A stretch of DNA of 64,000 bases from Nannocystales bacterium (GCA_050633305.1 JBOEGF010000006.1:106480-170479); one strand, 5' to 3'. Shown: positions 30,107 to 40,415, counted from the stretch's first letter. The notes: generated from the sequence alone by a model not told the origin. Numbers and translations: made by a program.

Positions 30107-30916
30107 ATGGATCTGCTGTCCGTCGAGAACTTCGCCAACCTGGGCGTGCTGCTGTTTCTGCAAGCCGTACTCGGGTTCGACAACCTCCTGTACATCGCGA
30201 TCGAGTCTAAACGAGCTCCTGAGGAACATCAGCAGGCCGTCCGACGCAACGCGATCCTGATCGCGATCGCCCTGCGGGTCGTGCTGCTGTTCGTGATGGT
30301 GAGCCTCATCGACCGCTTCGAAGAGCCGTTCTTCGTCGTGGACAGCGGGCCCATCCATGGGGAATTCAACTTCCTGGTCATCGTGTTCCTGCTTGGCGGG
30401 GGATTCCTGATGTACACAGCCGTCAAGGAGATCGGGCACATGATGTCCATTGAGGACATCAGCGCAGATGTCACCGACGACGGCAAGAAGAAGACGGTGG
30501 GTCAGGTCATCTCGATGATCGTCTTGATGAACCTCATCTTCTCGTTCGATTCGATTCTCTCGGCTCTGGCCATCACCGATGTGTTCCCGGTGCTCGCGTT
30601 GGCGATTGTGGGCTCTGGACTGGCCATGCTGTTCCTCGCAGACCACGTCTCGGAGTTCCTGCGGAAGAACCGCAAGTACGAGGTCCTCGGGTTGTTCATC
30701 CTGCTGATCGTCGCCATCGTGCTTCTCGGCGAAGGAGGCCACACCGCCACGCTGACGCTGTGGGGGCACCACGTCGAGCCGCTCGCCAAGAGTACGTTCT
30801 ACTTCTCGATCGTCGTCTTGGTGGTCGTCGACATCATTCAGGGCCGATACCAGAAGAAACTCGCCGCCGAGCGTGCGCAGCAATCCGGGGCCGACAACAC
30901 AAGCCCCGCGGCATGA
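30107..30916 (+). CDS. TerC family membrane protein
   Basis: LQAVLGFDNL, MNLIFSFDSILSA. Confidence 0.92.
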   Translation: MDLLSVENFANLGVLLFLQAVLGFDNLLYIAIESKRAPEEHQQAVRRNAILIAIALRVVLLFVMVSLIDRFEEPFFVVDSGPIHGEFNFLVIVFLLGGGFLMYTAVKEIGHMMSIEDISADVTDDGKKKTVGQVISMIVLMNLIFSFDSILSALAITDVFPVLALAIVGSGLAMLFLADHVSEFLRKNRKYEVLGLFILLIVAIVLLGEGGHTATLTLWGHHVEPLAKSTFYFSIVVLVVVDIIQGRYQKKLAAERAQQSGADNTSPAA

Positions 30917-31842
30917 CCCCCCTTCCCCGCCGCGCGCTCCTGGCCGGTGCGGCGTCGAGTCTGCTCGCGTCCGGGGCGCGGGCAAACGCGCCACAAGCCG
31001 AGGAGCAGATCCTCGAACGGGCGACGTCCGACTCCAACGAGATCGTCGTCACCCAGGCCGGGTCCGTCCGCACGATGTACTTCGTGCAGGGCGAGCGGTG
31101 GCTGATCGAATCCCGGCTCGACCTGCGCGACCCCGACGCGTTGAGTCTCAGCGTCTTCCGCTCGATGCGAGCCGCGTTGCTGTTGCAGCCGATGCCCAAG
31201 CGCGTGTTGATGGTGGGCGTGGGCGGTGGACAGCTGAGCAACTTCTTGTTTTCGCGGCTGCCCGGGGTCGAAATCGACGCTGTCGACATCGACCCCGAGG
31301 TTGTTCGCCTCGCTCGGGCGCATTTCCAGATCCCAGAGGACCCCAGGTACCGCACCCACGTGGGTGACGGGCGGCTGTTCGTCGAGCAACACGCGGAGCG
31401 CGACACCGACTTGCTGATCCTCGACGCCTTTCGAGGCACCTCCGTGCCGTACCACCTGCGGACCCGTCAGTTCTACGCGGCGTGCCGGACTCGTCTTCGG
31501 CCCGGCGGCGCGGTGGTGGCCAACCTGCATACCCACGCATCCCGCTACCTCGACGACCGAGCCACCTTCGGCGCGGTCTTCGAGCACGAGTACGGCTTCA
31601 TCGATGAACGAGAGGCCGAGACGACCCTGGTGTGTACCCGGGAGCCCGTAGGGATGTACCAACTCCGCAAGAACGCAGTCGCCGCAGACCAGACCTTTGG
31701 GCCGGGCATGCAGCGACTGGGCTCACATCTCCAGATGCACACCGTCCGCGGAGGACAGGTCTTGCAGGATGACTTCGGGGACTCGGCCACAGGGGCGAAG
31801 CGACACAACGAGAGTTGTCGCCCCCGCTGTAAGGGGGACTGA
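30913..31842 (+). CDS. Spermidine-synthase-like SAM-fold protein with putative Tat signal
   Basis: PRRALL twin-arginine motif and ARA cleavage site; VLMVGVGGG, VDIDPEV, GDGR, LILDAF. ATGA overlap with terC. Confidence 0.82.
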   Translation: MTPLPRRALLAGAASSLLASGARANAPQAEEQILERATSDSNEIVVTQAGSVRTMYFVQGERWLIESRLDLRDPDALSLSVFRSMRAALLLQPMPKRVLMVGVGGGQLSNFLFSRLPGVEIDAVDIDPEVVRLARAHFQIPEDPRYRTHVGDGRLFVEQHAERDTDLLILDAFRGTSVPYHLRTRQFYAACRTRLRPGGAVVANLHTHASRYLDDRATFGAVFEHEYGFIDEREAETTLVCTREPVGMYQLRKNAVAADQTFGPGMQRLGSHLQMHTVRGGQVLQDDFGDSATGAKRHNESCRPRCKGD

Positions 31843-31888
31843 CCGATGAGAATCCCTCTCGCCGGTCCGTCCCCCCGCGCGAGTCAGA

Positions 31889-32605
31889 CTACAAGCAGCA
31901 GACCCCGCCGTTCTTCGGGAACGGCATGCCGGGCTCGAAGTCGAGAATCCCCAGCGGTGACTCGCCGCTCTCGCAAACGTAGTCGGGGTCGAACACCGAG
32001 CCGTCGCCGGGATCCCCGACGACCTCACCACCAGCATCGAGGCAGTCTCCCACGGTGAGCGGTGCGGCCCCTCCGCTGCTTTCGCCTGCGGAGGCAGACT
32101 CGGGCCAGCTGTCCGTGGTTGACGCCCCGCCGTCCGTGTCGGGCCAGTCGCCGGTTGTGGCTTCAGGACCGCCGCCGACGCCCCCTTCTCCTTCGACAAA
32201 GCCACAGCCCGCTTCGGCGCACAGACAGTCACACATCCCGCCCGTGTCGAACAGCTCCACGGTCTCGAGGGGAATGTCCGGGTAGGACAGCTCGCAGGTC
32301 TGGCAGAGGCACTCCCACGAGTAGCTGAAGTCAGGGTCCCCGACCGGACCGGCGTCGAACTCCTCGCACGCTTGCACACCCGTGCTCTGCGAGGCGGTCG
32401 TCACGGTGCCGCCGGGCGAGGTCGGGTCACCGCCGCTTGTCGTGGAATCGGAGACCGCGCCCGTCGAAGAAGACCCCTGAGTGCCCGGCGAGGACGAGTT
32501 GGAGTCCTCTCCACTCGTGGTCGAGCTCTCGTCGCCGACGGATTTGGGAACGTCACACGCCGCGAGGGAGGCACAAACAAAGAGGATGCTCAGCGTAGTT
32601 CGCAT
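31889..32605 (-). CDS. Ser/Thr-rich, Cys-rich lipoprotein
   Basis: Start ATG 32605; lipobox LAAC; low-complexity linkers and two small Cys clusters. Confidence 0.75.
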   Translation of the reverse strand: MRTTLSILFVCASLAACDVPKSVGDESSTTSGEDSNSSSPGTQGSSSTGAVSDSTTSGGDPTSPGGTVTTASQSTGVQACEEFDAGPVGDPDFSYSWECLCQTCELSYPDIPLETVELFDTGGMCDCLCAEAGCGFVEGEGGVGGGPEATTGDWPDTDGGASTTDSWPESASAGESSGGAAPLTVGDCLDAGGEVVGDPGDGSVFDPDYVCESGESPLGILDFEPGMPFPKNGGVCCL

Positions 32606-32615
32606 AGTGTTCACG

Positions 32616-33860
32616 TCATCTCCGTCGTGGTGTTGATCCGTCACCCGCTTGCGCACAAACATCTGCGACCGCCGTCGCGACCGCGGATCCAGGCCGCTGG
32701 TTCGAAAGCCGCCGACGCACCCGCGCCGCCTCGTCGGTGCGGCCCAGAGCACACAGTGCCCGAACGAGTGCTCCTTCTCGGACGTCGACGAGCCGCCCGT
32801 CCGCGAACTGAAGTTCGTGCTGTCGAAGCAGACGCACCGCCTGCTGCGGCTCGTCGCTCCGTAGGGCTCGCTGCGCGCGCGCGAGCAGCCGGGACTCGTC
32901 ATCGAGGACGGGGCCGGGCTCAGACTCGGACCCCTCCAGGGGTTCGGGCTCGGGGGCGTCGGCAACGGGAGGCTCGGCAACGGGAGGCTCAGCAACGGGC
33001 CCGACCGAGCGCGCCGGCTTGCGATGCGGCGACTCTGGGAGCGCCGCGACCGGATCGGCAGCGGCGGTCTCCACATGGACCCGGCTGGGGACGGAAGAGA
33101 CAGCCTCCTGCGGTTCACTCGAGACGAGGAGCGCAGCCCGTGCCGGGGTTGCCGGGGGTGCAAGCGCCGACCCCCCCGCGGTCGCGAGCACACCGCCAAG
33201 CGCACCGCCCAACGCGAACGCTTTAATCGTGGACACCGCAACCCACGGAGCCTGCGTCCATGGGAGCACCGCTCGAAGGACGCGTTGGCGAACCTCGGCG
33301 GACGGAGACTCTCGGGGCTCGAGCGCATCCTCGAGCTCCCGACGCTTCACGTCGAACGCCGCGATGCGCTGGCGGGCAAGCCTCAGCCGCGAGTAGACGG
33401 TGTTGAGCGGCACGCCGAGCGCGGCGGAAACCTCCGGCGCCGTGAAACCGTGCACGAGCGTGAGCACCAGGACACGGCGCTGCGCATCGGTCAGACTGCG
33501 GAGCGCCTCGGCGGCGGTGGTGACCGCCTCGTAGCGCGTGGAGGCGTCCGCAGGGGCGAGCCGCGGAGCCTCGGCGAAAGCCGCAACGCGCGCGTCGAAG
33601 CGCCGCGTGTTTCGACGGAGACGCCAGACGACTTTCTTCGCGATCGCGCACAGCCACGCCCGCTCGGATGCGTCGGGGTCCAGGGTGTGCAAACGCCGAA
33701 CCACGACGATCCAGATCTCCTGGGCGGCATCTTCCCGAGCAGCGCCATACAGTCCCAGCTGCCCGATAACGGACCATACAAGCCGGAAATGGCTCGAGTA
33801 CAAGCGGCGGAACTGGGCGGATTGGACGCGGGACAACGGAGTCTCCCCTCGGTCAATCAC
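32616..33860 (-). CDS. ECF sigma factor fused to TM, Pro-rich linker and TPR-like domain
   Basis: EDAAQE, AWLCAIA, GVPLNTVYSRLRLAR; then a hydrophobic segment, PVAEP repeats and ESRLLARAQRAL...ALCALGR. Confidence 0.85.
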   Translation of the reverse strand: MIDRGETPLSRVQSAQFRRLYSSHFRLVWSVIGQLGLYGAAREDAAQEIWIVVVRRLHTLDPDASERAWLCAIAKKVVWRLRRNTRRFDARVAAFAEAPRLAPADASTRYEAVTTAAEALRSLTDAQRRVLVLTLVHGFTAPEVSAALGVPLNTVYSRLRLARQRIAAFDVKRRELEDALEPRESPSAEVRQRVLRAVLPWTQAPWVAVSTIKAFALGGALGGVLATAGGSALAPPATPARAALLVSSEPQEAVSSVPSRVHVETAAADPVAALPESPHRKPARSVGPVAEPPVAEPPVADAPEPEPLEGSESEPGPVLDDESRLLARAQRALRSDEPQQAVRLLRQHELQFADGRLVDVREGALVRALCALGRTDEAARVRRRLSNQRPGSAVATAVADVCAQAGDGSTPRRR

Positions 33861-33878
33861 CTCGCCCGGCGCAATCCG

Positions 33879-34886
33879 TCAACTTCGGGGGCGAAAAATC
33901 GAGAACTCGACGCCCAGCACCCCCCGAGCGCCGATTCGAGGCGTTTCGAACAGCATCGCGTCGGGATCGTCGGGGCGCCCCGTCACCACCTGGGCATCGA
34001 CGAAAGACACGCTGCCCTCAACATCCGCCGCCAAGGCCCATCGGGGCGCGAACCGCCATCGAACCCCGCCACGAACCAGTCCCGCGGACCATGGGAAGTG
34101 CTGCGTCCGGGCGTTGGACACGCGATCTCCCGAGGCCCGAAGCGCGCCGACCTCCACGCCCGAGCACAGCAGTCCTCGGACCACTCCGGGCCGAGACGTC
34201 AGGCACGCCCGCGCTGCGACCACGCCGGCCTGGGCGACCGCCGCAGCCCCGTCTCCCCGCGAGCTCGACTGGGGGAGCACGTACCGGCCCGTGATCTCAA
34301 ACCGGCTGTGGTCCAGCGACAGCCCCACCGCCAACGTAGGACCGGAGGAGACGGTCGGGGTCATCCCGGTGACCACCCCCCATCCCGCGCCCACGAACGG
34401 GACGAAGCGGGGCTCAGCGGGCGCTGCCCCGACCTCGGTCTCGGCGGCGGTGGCCCCGGGGTCACGATCCGGCTCGGCGGCTTCAGCCGAAGCAGGCTTG
34501 ATGGCCTCGTCCGCGAGCGGGACTCGCGCGACACTCGCACTCGAGACGGGATCGATGCTGACGGCGACGATCAACGCCGCCGCGCGAGCGAGCGCGGCGC
34601 AGGACTCCGCTTCCATCTCCTGGCGGTGAACCTTGTCGCCCAGCACCATGGTGAGCGACAGCCCCCACCGTGCCTCGCGGGGCTGCAGGAAGGCCTCCAC
34701 CTGCAGCTCATCCCGGTCAGGCCACCGGCCGGCGAGTTCGACCACGGCCTCCCGAACCTCGGCTGCGGCTGGGCAACTGGGGTCGTCAGCAACCCAACGG
34801 AGCGGCGCCTCCTCGACCTCGACCTCGACCTCTGCCGGGTGGCCGGGCGCGAGCAAGCGCGCGAGCAGGACGATGCTCGGCGTCAC
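33879..34886 (-). CDS. Hypothetical protein, probable C-terminal outer-membrane beta-barrel
   Basis: N-domain W.ADDPSCP...SCAALARAAALIVAV, then alternating amphipathic strands ending LGVEFSIF; GTG start uncertain. Confidence 0.6.
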   Translation of the reverse strand: MTPSIVLLARLLAPGHPAEVEVEVEEAPLRWVADDPSCPAAAEVREAVVELAGRWPDRDELQVEAFLQPREARWGLSLTMVLGDKVHRQEMEAESCAALARAAALIVAVSIDPVSSASVARVPLADEAIKPASAEAAEPDRDPGATAAETEVGAAPAEPRFVPFVGAGWGVVTGMTPTVSSGPTLAVGLSLDHSRFEITGRYVLPQSSSRGDGAAAVAQAGVVAARACLTSRPGVVRGLLCSGVEVGALRASGDRVSNARTQHFPWSAGLVRGGVRWRFAPRWALAADVEGSVSFVDAQVVTGRPDDPDAMLFETPRIGARGVLGVEFSIFRPRS

Positions 34887-34941
34887 CTCGTGGTGATGAC
34901 ACGGCGAACACGGCCGGTCCAGGACGGAGGGAGAAATGCGT

Positions 34942-35499
34942 TTAGAGCCAGCGGAGCAAACCGTAGGCGAACAGCACCGGAACCTCGCGCAACGCCCCCT
35001 TGAGACGGAGCCGCAGCAGCGGATGCACCGAACCGGCAGTGGCGACCCGTTCGAAATAGCGGGCAAAGACCCGGCGCGCGCGGGCGCAGTGGTAGGCGTC
35101 GGTCACCAGCAAGACACGACGGGCCGGGACCTGCATCGCGCAGTAGCGGGCGTTCTCCTGGGTGCTCGTCGAGCGCGACTCCATATGGATCGCGTTGCGG
35201 GGAACGCCCAGCTCCAGCGCGAGCCGGGCCGCGACCTCAGCCTCCGCAAACCCCGAGTCCCCGGTACCGCCGGTCGTGATCAGCAACGGGGCCCGTCGAC
35301 TCTCGAACAACGACACGGCGAGCTTGACCCGCTCGCGCAGCGCCGTGCTCGGCGCACCGCTGGGGAACACACGGCACCCCAAGACGACGATCGCTTCAAA
35401 CGCATCCTCGGCGGGTGGGGTCCGGCGGCCGAACACGTCGAGTCCGACGGCCAGCGCCAGCCACCCTCCCAAGAGACCCAGAATCCAAACCATGCTCAT
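34942..35499 (-). CDS. YdcF/DUF218 family protein
   Basis: AIVVLG, TGG, ESRSTSTQENA, VTDAYHCARA. Confidence 0.9.
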   Translation of the reverse strand: MSMVWILGLLGGWLALAVGLDVFGRRTPPAEDAFEAIVVLGCRVFPSGAPSTALRERVKLAVSLFESRRAPLLITTGGTGDSGFAEAEVAARLALELGVPRNAIHMESRSTSTQENARYCAMQVPARRVLLVTDAYHCARARRVFARYFERVATAGSVHPLLRLRLKGALREVPVLFAYGLLRWL

Positions 35500-36131
35500 G
35501 TGCTCTCTTCGTTTTCTTGCAGGAACGCAGCGGCCCGATCGAGGATCGACGGCGTCCACTGGAGCGCCCCGTGGACCCCCCCCACGAACTCGAGTGGGAT
35601 GCCCGGGAGCGACATCTCTTCGACCGCGACAACCCCATCGTCGTCCCCGTCGAGGACCGGATTGTACCCGCGGGGTTCCCCTCGCCCACCGGCGAGCACC
35701 AACACCTGGGCGTTGTCGGGCGCGGGTGGCAAGCCGGGAACCCCGGGCTCGCGGAGCACCTTGGCCGCGTCCCCATACAACAAGTGAAACAACGGGTTGC
35801 GGTCATTGGCACGCGCCAGCGCCGATCCCTGGTTGGGTGGAGACAGCATCGCGACCCGCACCTGGGCCGCGGGTGCGCAGTGCGCAAGCCAGGCTCGGAC
35901 GACCAGCCCCCCCATCGAGTGCGTGACGAACCCCAGGCGCGACGGCGGGTCACGGAGCCAGTCACGCAAGAATCCATCGAGCGCCCGGGCGTGGTCTTCA
36001 AGACCTCCACTGCGGGTCGCGTAGCCGAACGTTCGCGCATCGAGGCCTCGACGCCGCAGGTACACCGCGGTGGGCCACATCCCCGCCCGAGACCGCAGCG
36101 CGCCATGAATGCAGACGACAGGGAACGTCAT
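35496..36131 (-). CDS. Small alpha/beta hydrolase (lipase/esterase-like)
   Basis: CIHG, THSMGG nucleophile elbow, SPPNQGS, DGVV. Confidence 0.88.
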   Translation of the reverse strand: MTFPVVCIHGALRSRAGMWPTAVYLRRRGLDARTFGYATRSGGLEDHARALDGFLRDWLRDPPSRLGFVTHSMGGLVVRAWLAHCAPAAQVRVAMLSPPNQGSALARANDRNPLFHLLYGDAAKVLREPGVPGLPPAPDNAQVLVLAGGRGEPRGYNPVLDGDDDGVVAVEEMSLPGIPLEFVGGVHGALQWTPSILDRAAAFLQENEEST

Positions 36132-36997
36132 CGCTTGCGCTTCTTCTTCCGGGACGAACCAGGCTTGGGTTTCCGCGAAGGCGCTTGGGTCCCGCGGCGT
36201 TGCAGGACCGCGTACACGACCCCAAGCACGACCAGCATCGCCGCTGCACCGACTTGCCCGGTGTTGAGCGGTCCCAGCACCCCCGCAGGCGCGTCCGCCC
36301 GCATCGGCTCTTCGACGAATGCCCGGACGACCAGATAGAACATGCCGAAGCTCAAGAAGACTTGCCCCTCGAACCGGCGACGGGTGCGAACCCAGACGCA
36401 CAGGGCAAGCCCCAGAAGACCCAGGGCCGCCGCGTAGAGCTGAACGGGATGAACCGGAAGCGACTCGAGTGCCCCGGAGCGCATCAGGTTGGCCAGCGTG
36501 CGCTTGTGCTCCACGAACGCGGGCGACCCCACGGGGAACTGCACCGACAACGACGCATCGGCGGCGTATCGACCGAACGCAGTGCCCGCGAAGAATGCCC
36601 CGAGGCGCTCGAAGACCAGACCTAAGGCGAGGGCCGGCGCGAGCACGTCGTACCAGGCCCATGGCCGAACCTTGAGCCGGCTCGCCCAGGCACCACCCAC
36701 GATCAGCGCGACGGCGACCCCTGCAAAGGGAGCCATCGTCCCGGCCCGCAGCGCGACGAGCGAGGCCACGCCCTCGTAGGCCTGTGGATGCTGAACGACC
36801 CACGCCGCCCGAGCACCGACCAGACCAGCCGCGGCAGACGCAACGAACACAGGCCCCATCGCCTTCGGGTCGAAGCCCTCGGTCCGGGACAGACGCAACG
36901 TCTGGGCCCAGGCGACCACGAGGGCAAGCGCCACGAAGAACCCGTAGGCCTGAATCTCCCACCCAAGACCTGGCAGGGTGAACAGCACCGGCTTCAT
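36128..36997 (-). CDS. Prolipoprotein diacylglyceryl transferase family protein (divergent)
   Basis: MKPVLF, AYG, VGAR, DVLAP, ERLG, HPVQLY, RAFVE. Confidence 0.85.
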   Translation of the reverse strand: MKPVLFTLPGLGWEIQAYGFFVALALVVAWAQTLRLSRTEGFDPKAMGPVFVASAAAGLVGARAAWVVQHPQAYEGVASLVALRAGTMAPFAGVAVALIVGGAWASRLKVRPWAWYDVLAPALALGLVFERLGAFFAGTAFGRYAADASLSVQFPVGSPAFVEHKRTLANLMRSGALESLPVHPVQLYAAALGLLGLALCVWVRTRRRFEGQVFLSFGMFYLVVRAFVEEPMRADAPAGVLGPLNTGQVGAAAMLVVLGVVYAVLQRRGTQAPSRKPKPGSSRKKKRKR

Positions 36998-37074
36998 CGG
37001 CCCCGGACGGTAGCACGTTGCCGCGCCCAATCCTGCGCCGCGTCGAGGTCGGCGTGGCATGATGGAGGTCGGTT

Positions 37075-38139
37075 ATGGACGCGTCCACGCAGAACGACCC
37101 CGTACGCAGCTACGAGGCCGCCCGCAGGCGTCTTTTCTTCGCCTTGGCACTGCTCACGACCGTCACCGCGGTCGGTGCAGGCGGATACTGGTACCTCGGC
37201 CAAACCGTCGGCGAGGGGATGTGGTCGCTTGCGGATTGCATCTACATGACCGCGATCACCATCACCACGGTGGGGTACGGCGAGGTCATCGACCTGGAGA
37301 AGGTCCAGTTCGCCAGGGAATGGACCCTCCTGCTGCTCACGTTCGGGATCTCGGCCAACCTGTACGTGGTCTCGGCGATCACCAGTTTCTTCGTCGAGAG
37401 CGACTTCAACAATGTGCGCCGCTTCAAGCGGGATCGAAAGCGGATGAAGGAGATCAGCAATCACTACATCGTCTGTGGCGTGGGCCGGACCGGCCTCAAC
37501 GTGATCGAGGAGCTCCTCGCGGTTGGGGAATCGGTCCTGGCCATCGACGAACGCGCAGACCACCTGGAGCAGCTCCGAGACCGCGGTGTCTTGATGCTGC
37601 ATGGGGATGCCACCGACGACGAGATTCTCATCAAGGCCGGCATTCATCGCGCCAAAGGCATCGTGTCCGCCCTCGACGACGACAAGACGAACCTATTCGT
37701 CGTCGTCTCCTCCCGCCAAACCAACCCGAAGCTTCGGATCGTCACCAAGGCCGTGGGGACCTCGACCGCCGCGAAGCTCCGCCGGGCCGGGGCCGATGCG
37801 GTCGTCACCCCGGCCAAGATCGGCGGGATGCGACTCGCATCCGAGCTCCTACGGCCCCACGTTGTCCGTTTCCTCGACGAGATGCTTCGAGACAAGGAAG
37901 CGCGGCTGCGCATCGAGGAAGCCACGGTCGGGCCCAGCGGCGACGTCGTGGGCATGGCCCTGGGCAAGGCCGACCTGCAGCACCGCGCAGGCGTCCTGGT
38001 CATGGCGGTCCGTCAGCCCGACGGGGACGTGGTGCACGTGCCGCCCGCCGAGCTTGTCATCGAACCCGGCCAGACCCTCATCGCGATCGGAACGCCGGAA
38101 AACATCGACGAGCTCCGGGCAACGGTCGGACACCGCTGA
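37075..38139 (+). CDS. Potassium channel with RCK (TrkA-N/C) domains
   Basis: TITTVGYGE selectivity filter, CGVGRTG, GDATD. Confidence 0.93.
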   Translation: MDASTQNDPVRSYEAARRRLFFALALLTTVTAVGAGGYWYLGQTVGEGMWSLADCIYMTAITITTVGYGEVIDLEKVQFAREWTLLLLTFGISANLYVVSAITSFFVESDFNNVRRFKRDRKRMKEISNHYIVCGVGRTGLNVIEELLAVGESVLAIDERADHLEQLRDRGVLMLHGDATDDEILIKAGIHRAKGIVSALDDDKTNLFVVVSSRQTNPKLRIVTKAVGTSTAAKLRRAGADAVVTPAKIGGMRLASELLRPHVVRFLDEMLRDKEARLRIEEATVGPSGDVVGMALGKADLQHRAGVLVMAVRQPDGDVVHVPPAELVIEPGQTLIAIGTPENIDELRATVGHR

Positions 38140-38169
38140 GGGCCAGCAGCGTCGGCCTCGGTTGGCGGA

Positions 38170-39660
38170 TCAGAACTCGATGACCATCCGTCCGACAACG
38201 GCGGGGTCTCGGTAGCGGCCAAAGTACACGACTGTGCTCGCCTCGTCCGGGTCGATGCCGAATCGCCCGGTTGACAGCCCCTGGCGGCTCTCGAGCTCCG
38301 ACAGGTCGTCTCCGTCGTACACCGCGAATCGGCCGTTGCTGCCCACGTAGACCCGGCCGAATCCGTCGACCTCGACGTCGGCGTTATAGCCCTGCTCGAC
38401 CTCGACATCCGCCACGACCGTCGCGTCGGAGACCCGGAACTTGTACAGGTGCTCGCCGGTGTGCGCGAACATGTAGTCCGTGCCTCCAACGGAGCCTGTC
38501 GCGATGCTGACTTCGCCGTCCTGCGGCCAAAGGTTCTGCCCGGACTGGGAGACCGACCACCCTCCACCGGAAAACTCCAACACCGCGTAGGGCTGCGGTC
38601 CGCCAAAGAAACTCGCAAACGAGAAGAATCGGCGCGAGCCGACCTGGGCGGTTGCGACGACCTGGGCGAGCGAGTTGTGGGGTGTCGGAAGCGTAGGATC
38701 GGCGATGACGGTCTCGAACGGGTTGAGGTCGTCGGCCCCGATGTTCGTGTACGCCCGGACATCGCCCGAGTAGGACATGTCGACGAACAACGTGCCGTCG
38801 TACTGCTGCATTCCGTAGCAGTACGGACCGCCACCTTGCGGGACGGGTGTTGCGACCGTGACGCCTGGCGACGCGGCGCCCTCGGAGATGTCGATCCGCC
38901 GAACGATGCAGTCGCCTCCGCCAGCGGTCGTCCCGGCCAGGAACAGCGCATCTTGTTGCGGGTCATAGACCATCCCGCCCAGCTCTCCGGACAGCGCAGC
39001 CGAGTCGTCGTGGAAGTTCGCCGTGAACTCGAAGGTGCGGAAGGCGACGACCTGGTCGAGGGTGTTGGTGTTGCCGTCGAGGTCGGGCAGCCCGGCACCG
39101 ACGATGATGCTGTGCTCGGTCGAGCCTGGCAGGTCGCCCTGGTCGGGATCGACGAACTCGGTCGGGAACAGACCGGCGACACACTGAGGGTCGGCGTCGC
39201 GCGGACACGGCTGGGGCGCCACCAAAACGGGTTCGCCGTCGCCCTGCGTCACGAAGATGTGGCCGAGCGCGTCGTTCTGCGAGATCGGACGGTCGAAGTG
39301 CAGGAGGAAGTATCCGTCTAGCGCGGCGTCGAGGTCACCGTCCTCGGGCGTGCTCATCTCCAACCGCGGGCCAAGTTGCGGCTCCCCGGTGGTGTCGTCC
39401 GCATCGGTGTCCGTCGCGCTCGGTTCTCCCGTGGACGCTGACGGGTCCTCCGTATCGGTCGCAGTCGTCGGCGTCGCCCCCGTCGTGCCCGAACTCGATC
39501 CGGTGCCGGGTGTCGTCGCGGTGTCCGACTCGCTCGCACCGGTTCCGGTCGAACTCTCGCCTTCGGTTTCGGCGGAGACCCCAGGCGGCGTCTCCTCCGG
39601 GTCGAAACACCCGGATCCGGTCAACGTGATCAGAGAAAAGAGCGCAATCGTTCGTTTCAT
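38170..39660 (-). CDS. Lipoprotein with Ig-like (Big_5-like) domain and probable beta-propeller
   Basis: Start ATG 39660; lipobox GSGC; S/T linker; STPEDG...LHFDRPI...LPDLDGN...FRT. Confidence 0.72.
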   Translation of the reverse strand: MKRTIALFSLITLTGSGCFDPEETPPGVSAETEGESSTGTGASESDTATTPGTGSSSGTTGATPTTATDTEDPSASTGEPSATDTDADDTTGEPQLGPRLEMSTPEDGDLDAALDGYFLLHFDRPISQNDALGHIFVTQGDGEPVLVAPQPCPRDADPQCVAGLFPTEFVDPDQGDLPGSTEHSIIVGAGLPDLDGNTNTLDQVVAFRTFEFTANFHDDSAALSGELGGMVYDPQQDALFLAGTTAGGGDCIVRRIDISEGAASPGVTVATPVPQGGGPYCYGMQQYDGTLFVDMSYSGDVRAYTNIGADDLNPFETVIADPTLPTPHNSLAQVVATAQVGSRRFFSFASFFGGPQPYAVLEFSGGGWSVSQSGQNLWPQDGEVSIATGSVGGTDYMFAHTGEHLYKFRVSDATVVADVEVEQGYNADVEVDGFGRVYVGSNGRFAVYDGDDLSELESRQGLSTGRFGIDPDEASTVVYFGRYRDPAVVGRMVIEF

Positions 39661-39793
39661 GATGGGCACCGGGCGATCGACACGGCCATACCCTATGAGT
39701 GCCGAAACCCGCGGAACGATCACGAGACGGGTGCAGTTTTCCGAAACGCTCGGAGCCCCGCCGCCCGGAAGAGCCCCGTGCGCCACGCTGCGG

Positions 39794-40171
39794 TCAGTCG
39801 TCCGCGTAGACGGCTTCTTCTTTTTCCTGGGCCTCTTTGCACTGAATGCAGAGCTGGGCCTCAGGGCGGGCTTGCAACCGTTTGAGCGAGATGGGCTCGT
39901 CGCACTCTTCGCAGAGCCCGTACTCGCCGTCGTCGATCTTGCGGAGGGCCTTGTCGATCTTGCCCATCAAGAAGCGTTCCCGGCCGCGAAGGCGGAAGGA
40001 GAACGCCTGCATGTACTCGCTCGACGCTTGGTCGACCTCGTCCATCCGTTCCTCGGACGGGACGACCATGTCGTTATCGAGCGTCCGCTTCGCCTCCTCG
40101 ATGAGGTGATCCCGCTTCTCTTTAAGCAGTTTGGCGAAGGCTTCGAGTTGTGGCTTCGTCAGTTCGGTCAT
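39794..40171 (-). CDS. dksA: DksA/TraR C4 zinc-finger protein
   Basis: DEVDQAS acidic tip, YGLCEECDEPI..RL.ARP.A.LCIQCKE. Confidence 0.9.
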   Translation of the reverse strand: MTELTKPQLEAFAKLLKEKRDHLIEEAKRTLDNDMVVPSEERMDEVDQASSEYMQAFSFRLRGRERFLMGKIDKALRKIDDGEYGLCEECDEPISLKRLQARPEAQLCIQCKEAQEKEEAVYADD

Positions 40172-40415
40172 GGCAGCGCGCAACCTGATGAACCCGGAGG
40201 TTCGAGGACGCAGGACAATAGGGGCTTTGAGGTCGCCAAACAACGGCAAAAGCGACCAGGTTGCGATCGACTGATCAGGCCGGCCACCCGGCTGGTCATT
40301 GCCCATTCGGAGGGTTTTGCACCTGGAGAGATCGCGTCTAGGGGCCTGTACTCGAAAAACCGACGCCTCGGTCCCAGATCGGCGCCGAATTCGTCAAAAT
40401 GCACGGGTTCAGCCG

